A DNA stretch of 64,000 bases from an uncultured cyanobacterium (GTDB lineage Bacteria; Cyanobacteriota; Cyanobacteriia; Cyanobacteriales; Microcystaceae): contig CAWEDJ010000073.1 in assembly GCA_963807635.1 (NCBI GenBank), positions 32,001-96,000 on the forward strand, written 5' to 3'. Within the stretch, counting starts at the first letter, position 1. Each line of letters opens with the position of its first letter. Below, in pieces: positions 54,379 to 64,000 of the stretch. The notes under the pieces were generated by a model. It searched no databases. It saw only the letters and a list, made by a program, of their open reading frames with translations, and had not been told where the DNA came from. The translations under genes were made by a program, and so were the position numbers.

Positions 54379-56061
54379 TTATTTTAAAGAAAAAGCAAGC
54401 CGAAAACCGAGAAAGGCATCGTGCCATTTCCCAGCGAAGGGCCCGAACCGATTTGCCGAGCGACAACCCTTCGGATTACCAATCCAAGAACCACCGCGCA
54501 GTAGTCTAAGAACACTTTGAGAAGGATTCTCATTCCAACTACTCCCATCCTGTGGAGCATTTTGATAATTCTCATGCCAACCGTCTTCACACCATTCCCA
54601 CACATTTCCACTCATATCGTACAACCCCCAGTTGCTTGGCTTTTTCTCGCCTACTGGATGAGTTTTTGAGCCTGAATTATCCCAATCCCAAGCATATTCT
54701 CCTAACTGCTTTTCATCATCTCCGAAGTAATAACGGGTTTGGGTTCCTGCTCTACAGGAATATTCCCATTCGGCTTCACTCGGTAATCTGAATTTTTTGC
54801 CTGTTTGTTGATTTAACTTTTTACAAAACTCCTGAGCATCATCCCAACTGACATTTTCAACAGGGTTTTTAGGATTATCTTTAAATCTTGATGGATTATT
54901 TCCCATGATTGCTTGATATTGTTCTTGGGTAACGGGATATTTTCCAATTGCAAATTGCTTAAGCGTTACTTGATGTTTGGGTTTTTCACTGTCATTTTCA
55001 TCCGACCCCATCGTAAAAGTACCTGCGGGTAAAATAACCATTTCTAATTGGATACCATTGGTAAGAGTTTCAATCAGAGTTTGAGGATAGGAAGATAGGG
55101 AAGCTGAGGGACGAGGAGAAGCAGGAATAGTAATAATTGGAAGTGGAACTTGAATTTGAGTGACTGTTTGAGGATTTACTGTTTTTAAGCCTAAATCACC
55201 TAAAACATCTTTCACTTCCTGATACCGTCTTTTAGTCCCAAAAATAACCAATTTATCTAGAATATTACCCAGATCATTATTTATAGAATTATTAACCAAA
55301 TAATCTCGCCAAATCCATTCATGTTCCCCCACATCAAACAAATCAAACGGCGAAATTCCTGTCAACAAATAAAGACAAGTCACCCCCAAACTATACAAAT
55401 CGCTGGCATTAACCGCTTTTCCATTCATCTGTTCAGGAGCCACATACTCCGCCGAACCAATCATTGTTCCCGTGACTGAGCGATTAACAGGCGTTACTGC
55501 TTTTGCCGCCCCAAAATCCACTAAAACCAGCTTATTATCCTGCGCTCTGCGAATAATATTTTCGGGCTTAATATCTCGATGAATCACTTGACGCTGATGG
55601 ATAAAATCGAGAACGGGCAATAGATCGAGTAATAAGGCGCGAATTTTATCCTGATTAAAATTTCCCTGACTTTTTAACTCCTGCTCTAAATTTTGACCCG
55701 CGATATATTCCTGTACCAAATATTGACGCTTATCTTCATGGATAAAATAGGCCAATAATTCAGGAATTTGGGGATGCTTGCCCAACTCATCCAAACGCTT
55801 GGCTTCTTCGGCAAAGAGTTCTGCCGCTTTTTGGAAACCGTCGGTTCCCTGACCTTGGGGAAAAAATTGCTTGATCACACACTGGGGTTTAGAGGGCTTA
55901 TCGTGGTCGATCGCCAAGAAAGTTTTCCCAAAACCACCTTGACCAATGAGTTTTAGGGCTTGGTAACGGTCTTTTAACCAGAGCTTTTGACCGCATTGCT
56001 GACAAAAACGATGAGTTTCGAGATTGACCGCCAAACAATCAGGATTAAGACATTGATTCAT
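54379..56061 (-). CDS. Ser/Thr protein kinase with N-terminal Cys4 motif and C-terminal FGE-sulfatase (CLec-fold) domain
   Basis: CLNPDC..CQQC, GQGGFG, HRDIKPEN, DFG, APE; RLPSEAEWEY, GLYDMSGNVWEWC, LRGGSW..GFR. Confidence 0.93.
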   Translation of the reverse strand: MNQCLNPDCLAVNLETHRFCQQCGQKLWLKDRYQALKLIGQGGFGKTFLAIDHDKPSKPQCVIKQFFPQGQGTDGFQKAAELFAEEAKRLDELGKHPQIPELLAYFIHEDKRQYLVQEYIAGQNLEQELKSQGNFNQDKIRALLLDLLPVLDFIHQRQVIHRDIKPENIIRRAQDNKLVLVDFGAAKAVTPVNRSVTGTMIGSAEYVAPEQMNGKAVNASDLYSLGVTCLYLLTGISPFDLFDVGEHEWIWRDYLVNNSINNDLGNILDKLVIFGTKRRYQEVKDVLGDLGLKTVNPQTVTQIQVPLPIITIPASPRPSASLSSYPQTLIETLTNGIQLEMVILPAGTFTMGSDENDSEKPKHQVTLKQFAIGKYPVTQEQYQAIMGNNPSRFKDNPKNPVENVSWDDAQEFCKKLNQQTGKKFRLPSEAEWEYSCRAGTQTRYYFGDDEKQLGEYAWDWDNSGSKTHPVGEKKPSNWGLYDMSGNVWEWCEDGWHENYQNAPQDGSSWNENPSQSVLRLLRGGSWIGNPKGCRSANRFGPFAGKWHDAFLGFRLAFSLK

Positions 56062-56236
56062 AGAACTATGGATATTAATAAGCTGATTATAGTCAACTTG
56101 TTAATCATTACGCAATTTATCTATCAGCCAACTGAAGCACTTTTTGAATAAAAAAACTGGTCTATTTTTAAAAACATCGTCAAGATAGTCTATAGATAAA
56201 AAGATTGCCGATTCAATCATCTATTTTTAAGTTTCT

Positions 56237-57596
56237 ATGGCCACCTTGCTAATTAAAAATATCCACACCTTAGTCACGATGGATGAGACACGACGGGAAA
56301 TCCGTGATGCGTCTTTATTTATCAGGGATAACATCATTGAGCAGGTGGGAACCACCCTGAGAATTGCCCCAGACCGCCGACGAAGTGCTGGATTTACAAG
56401 GTCGTCATATTGTCCTTCCAGGTCTTATTAATCCCCATCATCACTTTTATCAAACCCTCACCCGTGTCGTCCCTGCCGCCCAAAATTGTGATCTATTTCA
56501 TTGGCTCCAAACTCTCTATCCAATTTGGCAAAATCTCACCCCAAAATCGGTTTATATCAGTTCCCAAATGGCCGCCGCCGAGTTGATGTTATCGGGCTGT
56601 ACGACGGCCAGCAATCATCTCTATATTTATCCCAATGGCAGTACTTTAGATGATGAAATTGAAGCCATAGAGGTTATGGGGCTAAGGTTCCATGCCAGTC
56701 GGGGTAGCATGAGTTTAGGAGAAAGTTTGGGAGGGTTGCCGCCTGATTCGATGGTGGAAAAGGAAGCGGATATTCTCAAGGATAGTCAACGATTAATTGA
56801 GCAATATCACGATAATACTCGCCATGCCATGCTACGGATTACCCTGGCTCCCTGTTCACCTTTTTCCGTATCTCCTGATTTAATGCGAGAATCGGCGGCT
56901 CTAGCGCGATCGCATTCTGGCATCAGACTCCATACCCATTTAGCAGAAAATAAATCGGATGTTGAGTATAGTCTGGCAAATTTTGGCATGACTCCAGAGG
57001 ATTATGCCGAATCCGTTGGTTGGTTAGGCAATGATGTCTGGCACGCCCATTGTGTTCAATTAGATGATCGGGCCATTCAACGGTTTGGAGAAACGGGAAC
57101 GGGAGTTGCCCATTGTCCTTGTAGTAATATGCGTTTGGCGAGCGGCATGGCTCCCATTCGGAAAATGCTTAATCATCACGTTCCTGTGGGTTTAGGAGTA
57201 GATGGTTCGGCTTCCAATGACGGTTCCAATTTATTAAATGAAGCTAGAATGGCTTTTTTAATGGCACGGGTTCGGGAACTGGATGCGGCGGCTATGACAG
57301 CACGGGAGGCGCTGGAACTGGCAACTTTGGGAGGGGCAAAGGTTTTGGGAAGGGATGATATTGGTTCTCTTTCTCCTGGAATGGCTGCGGATTTTATTGC
57401 CATTAATCTGGATCGCCCAGAACTAGCAGGGGCGCACCACGATGCGATCGCGGCTATTATTTTTTGCCAAATTAAGTTCGTGGATTATAGTTTTATTAAT
57501 GGTCGAAAAGTGGTAGATCAAGGCAGATTAACGCCGATTGAATTAGAAATCTTGGTAGAAAAACATAACCGTTTAGCCTATCAATTGCTGGCCTAA
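56237..57596 (+). CDS. 8-oxoguanine deaminase-like amidohydrolase (apparent frameshift ~56358)
   Basis: HHHFYQTLTR, LHTHLAE, WHAHCV, HCPCSNMRLASG, GVDGSASND. Confidence 0.88.
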
Positions 57597-57712
57597 TCGA
57601 GAAAACCCTATTGAAAGGCGATCGCGGATTCTTTCCAAAATTAAGCAAATGATATAATATCATTGAGGAAAAATAACCCATAAAGTCGCTGAAAAAGCAA
57701 AAAAAATTAATT

Positions 57713-58101
57713 ATGAGCCTATTAGGAAATATTATTTGGTTAATCTTTGGCGGTTTCTTAGCAGGAATCGGCTATATTTTTGGCGGATCCTGGCGTGCCT
57801 CACGATTATTGGTATTCCCTTTGGTCAACAAGCCATTAAATTAGGCGTTGCCACCATGACCCCCTTTGGCCGTGAAATTGTCCCGACTCCCGAAGCGGGC
57901 AGTACCCTCAACATGATCCTCAATATTGTCTGGATTTTAGTGATTGGTTGGGGAATTGCTGTCACTCATTTAACCTCTGCCGCGATTCTTGCCGTGACCA
58001 TTATTGGTATTCCCTTTGCCCTACAACACATCAAACTGATTCCTTTAGCTTTATTTCCCTTTGGTCGAGACTGCGTTAAAGTTCTTTGTAACTGCCTGTA
58101 A
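57713..58101 (+). CDS. YccF-domain membrane protein (apparent frameshift ~57785)
   Basis: MSLLGNIIWLIFGG from ATG at 57713; duplicated TIIGIPF..PFGR motifs. Confidence 0.85.
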
Positions 58102-58189
58102 TTGTTCTCAAATTTTTGAATCCGAACCTCTTTTTGAATCCTATCAACTTTTAATAAATCCTGATCCATTATCAATTGAATGATTAATA

Positions 58190-59491
58190 ATGAAAAATAA
58201 AATAGAGGTAATCGGTATCGGTTTAGACGGGATTACTGGACTAATCGAAGAGACTCGTATTTTAATAGAAAAAGCAACGGTTTTAGTCGGTAGCGATCGC
58301 CACTTGCAATTTTTTGTTAATCATTCCGCAGAAAAGTTGGTTTTAGGAGATTTTTTAGTCATCTTTGAAACCATGAGAAGACGACTAAAACAGGAGGAAA
58401 ATATTGTTGTTTTAGTCAGTGGTGATCCGCTCTTTTTTGGATTAGGTAGGCTTTTAGTCGAAAATTTTCCTGCCGAACAATTAAATTTTCATCCCCATCT
58501 CAGTTCGGTACAATTAGCTTTTAATCGCTTACAATTACCCTGGCATGATGCAAAGATTGTCAGTATTCATGGGCGTTCTTTAAATCTACTGATTCCCTTA
58601 TTGCAAAAAGGTGTAAAAAAATTGCCATTCTGACCGATCAGGAAAATAATCGCCGCGATCGCCCAATTTTATCAACAATTAGATTTGCCCGCCTCCTATC
58701 AATTTTGGATTTGTGAAAGATTGGGTGCGATCGATGAAAAAGTTTATTCTGCTTCTCCTCAAGAAATTAGCTTATTAACTGATCAAGATTTTTCACCCTT
58801 AAATATTGTTATTTTAGTTCGTAAAAATGTATTAGATTTAGTTGAACTTGATTCGGAAAAATTACCCCTATTTGGATTACCCGATTCTAGTTTTTATAGT
58901 TTTGAAGATCGTCCTGGATTGATGACAAAACGGGAAGTCCGCATGATGGTTTTAGGGGAACTGGCTTTACAACCCAAGCAAATTATTTGGGATATTGGAT
59001 CAGGAACAGGTTCAGTCTCGATTGAAATTGCTCGTTTATGCCCTAATTCTAAAATTTATGCAATCGAAAAAACTGCAATGGGAATTGTCTTAATTGAACG
59101 CAATGCCCAACGCTTTCGAGTCGATAATGTTTATGCTATCCAAGGAAAAGCTCCCGAAATTTTAGCCGATTTACCCACGCCTGATCGCATTTTTATTGGT
59201 GGAAGTGGCGGAAAGTTAACCCAGGTTTTAAATTTTTGTCAAGCGAAGATCGGTAAACAAGGAAAAATCGTTTTAGCCCTAGCAACCCTAGAACATATTG
59301 CTCTCTGTTTAAATTGGTTTAAGGAGCATCAATGGAATTATTCTTTTCAAGAAATTCATATTTCGCGATCGCTGCCAATCGCTGAATTAACCCGTCTCCA
59401 TCCTCTCAATCCTGTGATGTTAATTGAAGCAACACCCTTTTTCGGAGTGATTAATTCCGATCTTAATGAAGATGGCATGAATCACGAATAA
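58190..59491 (+). CDS. cbiET: Precorrin-6Y C5,15-methyltransferase CbiE/CbiT (apparent frameshifts ~58620-58655)
   Basis: SGDPLFFGLG, SIHGR; MTKREVR, WDIGSGTGSVSIE, IFIGGSGG. Confidence 0.9.
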
Positions 59492-59530
59492 CAACTTACA
59501 CCACTTTGTGGTTAAATTTCGTACAGGGTA

Positions 59531-59555
59531 AGGACATAATATATTATGTCCCTAC
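59531..59555 (-). repeat. GTAG-family REP (family A, single copy)
   Basis: AGGACATAATATATTATGTCCCTAC, identical to the copies at 2784 and 21345. Confidence 0.85.
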
Positions 59556-59629
59556 AAAGATTTTTCCCTCATTAAAAGGCAATTTGCTGGATTAACAACT
59601 TATTTCCTAAAATTTCCATATCCTCGGCT

Positions 59630-60166
59630 TTGTTTGTCTCTATAATTAAGTCATTCGGAATACTCCTGCCCTCGCTCAATTCTTCTATGCCAACATTAGA
59701 TTATTCCCAGACCTACTCCTGTCCACTTTGTTTGCGGGGAGAAATTCGCGCTTTTCCACTCATGGATGCCTTTGGGTGCGATTTTTGTCGTCACATTTTT
59801 AGTGCCAATCTGGAGGAACAAGTACTGGATTTGGCAGACGGACAAGTGCCTCGACGTTGGTATAGAAAGGGGAATCAGTGGATTACAAAGGATCAAGAAA
59901 CCTTTTGGGGTTACGGCTTATTTGGTTTGATTTTAATTATTTTGCCGACAGCGATCGTTGCGTTGGGAGCCTATTGCTTTCCACCTTTGCCGAATAGTCC
60001 TTTGTCCTGGTTACCTAAGCTTTGGGTGGTGTTGACCCTAATTTTTCATCTTATTTTTTTAAGCTGGTTAGCTTCTCTTTATTTTCAATTTCCTTTCGCA
60101 AGTTATTTCCGATTATTCCAGGAGCGTTTTCATCTAGTCAATTTTAGGGAAGATAACAATCGTTGA
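59630..60166 (+). CDS. Hypothetical Zn-ribbon + membrane protein
   Basis: CPLC..LMDAFGCDFCRHIF, then two TM segments; true start may be the internal MPTL. Confidence 0.7.
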   Translation: MFVSIIKSFGILLPSLNSSMPTLDYSQTYSCPLCLRGEIRAFPLMDAFGCDFCRHIFSANLEEQVLDLADGQVPRRWYRKGNQWITKDQETFWGYGLFGLILIILPTAIVALGAYCFPPLPNSPLSWLPKLWVVLTLIFHLIFLSWLASLYFQFPFASYFRLFQERFHLVNFREDNNR

Positions 60167-60242
60167 TAAGTTGTGACAAATCTAAATTGCATTATCAAAA
60201 TCCCTAATGCTATGTAACAAGGGGCTTAAGCCCCTTGCCTAT
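60167..60242 (+). mobile_element. Truncated family B MITE
   Basis: Diverged left arm TAAGTTGTGACAAAT.. plus core CAAGGGGCTTAAGCCCCTTG at 60218-60237; right arm missing. Confidence 0.75.
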
Positions 60243-60259
60243 AAAGTCCCCAAAAAGAT

Positions 60260-61858
60260 TTATTTTTTGCCCACTTTTAAACTACTCGGTACGGCGAGAT
60301 TTCCTTCCAAAACAATTCCCCGATTATTGGCCGCAAGATGGCGCACAATCTTATAAACTGCCTCTATTTGATCCTCTGCTCCTGCTTGGGCCGCTAGAGT
60401 GGCTAAATCTAAGGACTGCGAGGTATTTTTCAGGCTATTGAGAACAGACTCTTGTAAAGCCAACAGGGAGGCGGCGGCTTTTTTACCCGCTTCTACTCCA
60501 GGTTGATGATAGGCATTAATATTCACTAAAGAAGCATAGAGACTGACTGCACGTTCGTAGAGAGCGATTAAAGCCCCAACTGTGCGAGGATTCACCTGTT
60601 TAATAGTAATTGTGACGGAATCTCGTTTATTTTCATATAGTGCTTGGCGAGTTCCCTGTAAAAAGCCCGAAAGATAATCCCCAGAAGTTACGCCTGGCTC
60701 GAATTCAGCCGAGGAACCTGTGCGATCTTCGAGAACTTCAATAAAAGTCGCAAAGAAATTCGCAACGCCTTCCCGTAGTTGTTGGACATAGGCGTGTTGG
60801 TCGGTGGAGCCTTTGTTGCCATAGACTGCGATGCCTTGATGCACAACCCGACCGTCTAAATCGGTTTCTTTGCCCAGGGATTCCATGATTAATTGTTGGA
60901 GATAACGGCTAAAGAGGAGCAGGCTGTCTTTGTAGGGGAGAACCACCATATCTTTTTCTCCTTGGCCATTAGTGCCGTAATACCAAGCGAGAGCCAGTAA
61001 GGCGGCGGGATTGCCTTTAAGAGAAGTAATGCGGGTGGCTTCGTCCATTTCCTTGGCCCCTGCTAACATTGCCTGAATATCAATTCCCTGAAGAGCGGCG
61101 GGCAACAGTCCAACAGCAGACATTTCAGAGGTTCTTCCTCCCACCCAATCTTGCATGGGGAAGGTCGTGAGCCAGTTTTCTGCCTGGGCGACTTCCGATA
61201 ATTTACTGCCTGGCATGGTGACCGCGATCGCGTATTTAGCAAAATCTAAACCCTGGGCTTCGTAGGCAAGCTTGGTTTCGAGCATTCCATTGCGGGGTTC
61301 GGGAGTGCCGCCCGATTTACTGGTAACAATCACCAGGGTACTTTTGAGCTTATCTTTGAGACGGTTGAGGACGCGATCGATTCCCGCAGGATCAACGTTA
61401 TCGATAAAGTGAATATCTAAAGTAGGAAAATCAGGAGCTAGGGCTTCAGCCACAAATTCTGGGCAAAGGGCCGAGCCACCAATGCCAATGGAAATAATAT
61501 CGGTAAATTTTACTGCGCTAGGGGGTTTAATTGTTCCAGCGTGAACTTTTTCAACAAAATCCGCAATCTGTACCAACGGTTCGGTGATTTCTTTTTTTAA
61601 CGCTTCATTCGGAGCCAAATCGGGATTCCGTAACCAGTAGTGGCCGACCATACGCTGTTCGTCGGGGTTGGCGATCGCACCTTTTTCGAGAGCGGCTACA
61701 TCCTGAAAAGCTTTATCAAATTTGGGAATCAGACTTTCAACCAGAGCATCATCAAAGCGCATCCGACTGATATCCAGATATAACTCCAGCCCAGAGTGAT
61801 AATAGAGCCAGTCTTGGTAACGTTGCCACAGTTGTTGATTGTTCATAAAAAGACTCAT
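60260..61858 (-). CDS. pgi: Glucose-6-phosphate isomerase
   Basis: [39 protein letters not shown]. Confidence 0.96.
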   Translation of the reverse strand: MSLFMNNQQLWQRYQDWLYYHSGLELYLDISRMRFDDALVESLIPKFDKAFQDVAALEKGAIANPDEQRMVGHYWLRNPDLAPNEALKKEITEPLVQIADFVEKVHAGTIKPPSAVKFTDIISIGIGGSALCPEFVAEALAPDFPTLDIHFIDNVDPAGIDRVLNRLKDKLKSTLVIVTSKSGGTPEPRNGMLETKLAYEAQGLDFAKYAIAVTMPGSKLSEVAQAENWLTTFPMQDWVGGRTSEMSAVGLLPAALQGIDIQAMLAGAKEMDEATRITSLKGNPAALLALAWYYGTNGQGEKDMVVLPYKDSLLLFSRYLQQLIMESLGKETDLDGRVVHQGIAVYGNKGSTDQHAYVQQLREGVANFFATFIEVLEDRTGSSAEFEPGVTSGDYLSGFLQGTRQALYENKRDSVTITIKQVNPRTVGALIALYERAVSLYASLVNINAYHQPGVEAGKKAAASLLALQESVLNSLKNTSQSLDLATLAAQAGAEDQIEAVYKIVRHLAANNRGIVLEGNLAVPSSLKVGKK

Positions 61859-61933
61859 AAGCTGAAAAAACCATCTGCATTATAAGAAGTATCGCAAACT
61901 TTGCCCGTATCAACCGTCGCTAAACGATTTGAT

Positions 61934-62371
61934 TTATCCTTCAAAGGCCGATTCTAAATAATCCTGAAGTATTAGCTGATAACCGTCTTTCCAAAAGGGT
62001 TGACCCATTTTTAGATTGATTAATGATGAATCTTTTTCTAAGCTAGAACGCGATCGCTGATAACTCACTAAGGCCACATCAAAGCGACAGGGAAAATGGG
62101 CCAAACGAGGATATTGAGATAAAAACAAATTCGCAGTCAGACAAATTTTACGTTGTTTGGTGAAATTTACCGCTAATTGTCCCCCTTCATCCCAATTGCC
62201 CCCACTACGGGTTTTAACCTCTACAAAGGCCAACATTTCCATCCGACTGGAACGAGCAATCAAATCAATCTCTCCCCAACGCGATCGCCATCTTTCCTGA
62301 AGAATGAGCCAACCCTGACTTTTTAACCATTGAGCAACGAACTGTTCCCCCAGATGACCAATTTCTGTCAT
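61934..62371 (-). CDS. YraN family (UPF0102) protein
   Basis: GEIDLIA, FVEVKTR, CRFDV. Confidence 0.9.
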   Translation of the reverse strand: MTEIGHLGEQFVAQWLKSQGWLILQERWRSRWGEIDLIARSSRMEMLAFVEVKTRSGGNWDEGGQLAVNFTKQRKICLTANLFLSQYPRLAHFPCRFDVALVSYQRSRSSLEKDSSLINLKMGQPFWKDGYQLILQDYLESAFEG

Positions 62372-62495
62372 AAATTCCAGACCGCCCTATACTTTGCTAA
62401 AATTTTATCACCACTAAACAGTGTCTCAAATTAAATTTTCATTCAAAGCAACAAAATCAACTATTTTCAATAAAACTTTATTCGACGGATAAAAC

Positions 62496-63010
62496 ATGAT
62501 CAAGAATACTCAAAAATCAAACAAGATTCTCCTATTTTTTCGTAGAATTATCCTCAGTTTAGTCACTATTTTTTGTGTGCTAAATAGTCTAACGAATCCT
62601 GTTTGGGCAGTCAGCTACAATAACCGCAGTTTATTGGATAATGATTTCTCTGGTCAAGATATGCGTGGTGATAGTTTTGACCATGCTAATTTACGGGGCA
62701 GTGATTTTAGTAACGCCAACCTCCAAGGAGTCCGCTTTTTTTCTGCTAATTTAGAATCGGCTAATTTTTCAGGGGCAGATCTGCGGCAGCGGATCTAGAA
62801 TCGGCTCGTTTGACCCGTGCAAATTTTACCAATGCAGTCTTGGAAGGGGCTTTTGCAACCAATAGTAAGTTTCAAGGCGCGATCGTGGAAGGGGCTGATT
62901 TTACCGATGTGATCATGCGTCCCGATACGGAAGCCTATTTATGTGAAATTGCTAGTGGAACGAATCCCGTCACAGGGAGAAATACCCGCGATACGCTCTT
63001 TTGTCGATAG
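62496..63010 (+). CDS. Pentapeptide repeat protein (apparent frameshift ~62786)
   Basis: Signal peptide, A(N/D)LxG repeats, [16 protein letters not shown] tail. Confidence 0.88.
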
Positions 63011-63018
63011 CAATCAAA

Positions 63019-63657
63019 CTATTGGGGTTTAGCACCATACCATTGTTGATACCAGCCTTGCATCTCATTAATTTCTTTAGTCTGAGCTTGGATAATCGCC
63101 TGAGCAAGTTGCTTCATTTCAGGATGGACGGCATTAGAAAGAAGGTGTTGGGACATCATCACAGCCATTTGGTGATGGGGAATCATTTCTTCAATAAAGG
63201 CTTGATCAAAATTTTTCGCTTTACTTAAAGCGGCAAGATCTGTTCTCATGTTACCCATCATTCCTCGCTTCCCCCCGTGCATCATGCCTCCTCCTATATT
63301 ATTTCCATCGACTTTTGGGACATCGGTTCCGTACCATTTTTTATACCAAGCCCGCATTTGTTCAATTTCCTGACTTTGGCTGGTTTTTATATTTTTGGCA
63401 AGTTGTTTGATTTCAGGATGCTCGGCGCGGGTGAGGGCCATATTTGCCATCGCGATCGCGTCTTCATGGTGGGGAATCATCATGGTAATAAAGTGTTGAT
63501 CTCCCATCATGCCCATACCAGGAGAGCTAGGGGAGGGCTTGGGAGATATTTGCGCTTGTAAAGTCTTCATCCGTCCAGCGAGTAAGGGATAGAGAGTAAA
63601 AAATACCAGGAGAGCTAACAGCCCTACGCCCAAACCATATTTAAGTTGATTTTTCAT
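63019..63657 (-). CDS. DUF305 family (CopM-like, Met/His-rich) protein
   Basis: Two FI..MIPHH..A repeats; probable start ATG at 63657. Confidence 0.85.
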   Translation of the reverse strand: MKNQLKYGLGVGLLALLVFFTLYPLLAGRMKTLQAQISPKPSPSSPGMGMMGDQHFITMMIPHHEDAIAMANMALTRAEHPEIKQLAKNIKTSQSQEIEQMRAWYKKWYGTDVPKVDGNNIGGGMMHGGKRGMMGNMRTDLAALSKAKNFDQAFIEEMIPHHQMAVMMSQHLLSNAVHPEMKQLAQAIIQAQTKEINEMQGWYQQWYGAKPQ

Positions 63658-63897
63658 GATTATTTTGTAAAAGTATTTTAAATAAGGGAACAAAAGGTAG
63701 TTTGACAATATGTGGATTGTAACAAATTTACTTAAAAAAGCTTGAATTATTCTCAATTCTTATTATTCATCTTTTTTTACTTTAAATAAATTTCAGAAAG
63801 AATAAATACCCACTAATCGCATTTTGATGAATTTGACAAAACATCAGCCTGTTTTTATGGTATTTTATGAAGTTATATTAAAATTATTAAATTTTTT

Positions 63898-64000
63898 ATG
63901 GTATCTGCTCCGATTGTCGCGCTGGCTCAAGAATCTGCTCACCATGTTTTGACGATCGCTCCTCCTCCAACGGGATTATCTCTACAGGGAACCATTCATA
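63898..64000 (+). CDS. aroA: Probable 5' end of 3-phosphoshikimate 1-carboxyvinyltransferase (partial)
   Basis: MVSAPIVALAQESAHHVLTIAPPPTGLSLQGTIH resembles cyanobacterial AroA N-termini; truncated by the window edge before diagnostic motifs. Confidence 0.55.
   Translation, partial: MVSAPIVALAQESAHHVLTIAPPPTGLSLQGTIH

Noticed and set aside
52900..56100. Complete DGR cassette
   Set aside because: No reverse transcriptase, avd or second copy of the variable region was found in the window; only a candidate target is supported.

Overview
Chromosomal segment of a unicellular cyanobacterium. The HIP1 octamer GCGATCGC is dense throughout, and the gene set and stand-alone rpoC1 suggest a Synechocystis-like Chroococcales/Synechococcales organism. 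It is mostly housekeeping genes: trpB, pilD, ctaAB, cobA-hemD, bioB-bioY, lspA, ftsH, a Mg-chelatase H paralog, comA, tRNA-Pro, rplI, lpxC, bamA, purC, trx, vipp1, rpoC1, comM, cbiD, glgC, cbiET, pgi and the start of aroA. About 20 single-base frameshifts, including in essential genes, look like long-read errors; many sit at GGCC or CCWGG. Accessory content: (1) a cluster of small toxin-antitoxin-like cassettes separated by a ~29-bp tandem repeat whose junctions are HIP1 sites, with similar HIP1 clusters around a Shedu-type defence nuclease; (2) a REP-associated tyrosine transposase (RAYT) bracketed by two homologous REPINs, with cognate GTAG-REPs dispersed in the window; (3) a Ser/Thr kinase-FGE/CLec gene whose 3' end has the codon signature of a DGR variable region, with no reverse transcriptase or template repeat in the window; (4) a 102-bp MITE family, two inverted copies of which bracket a foreign-looking desaturase inserted between bioY and lspA. 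All calls are by eye from the sequence; no database searches were run.
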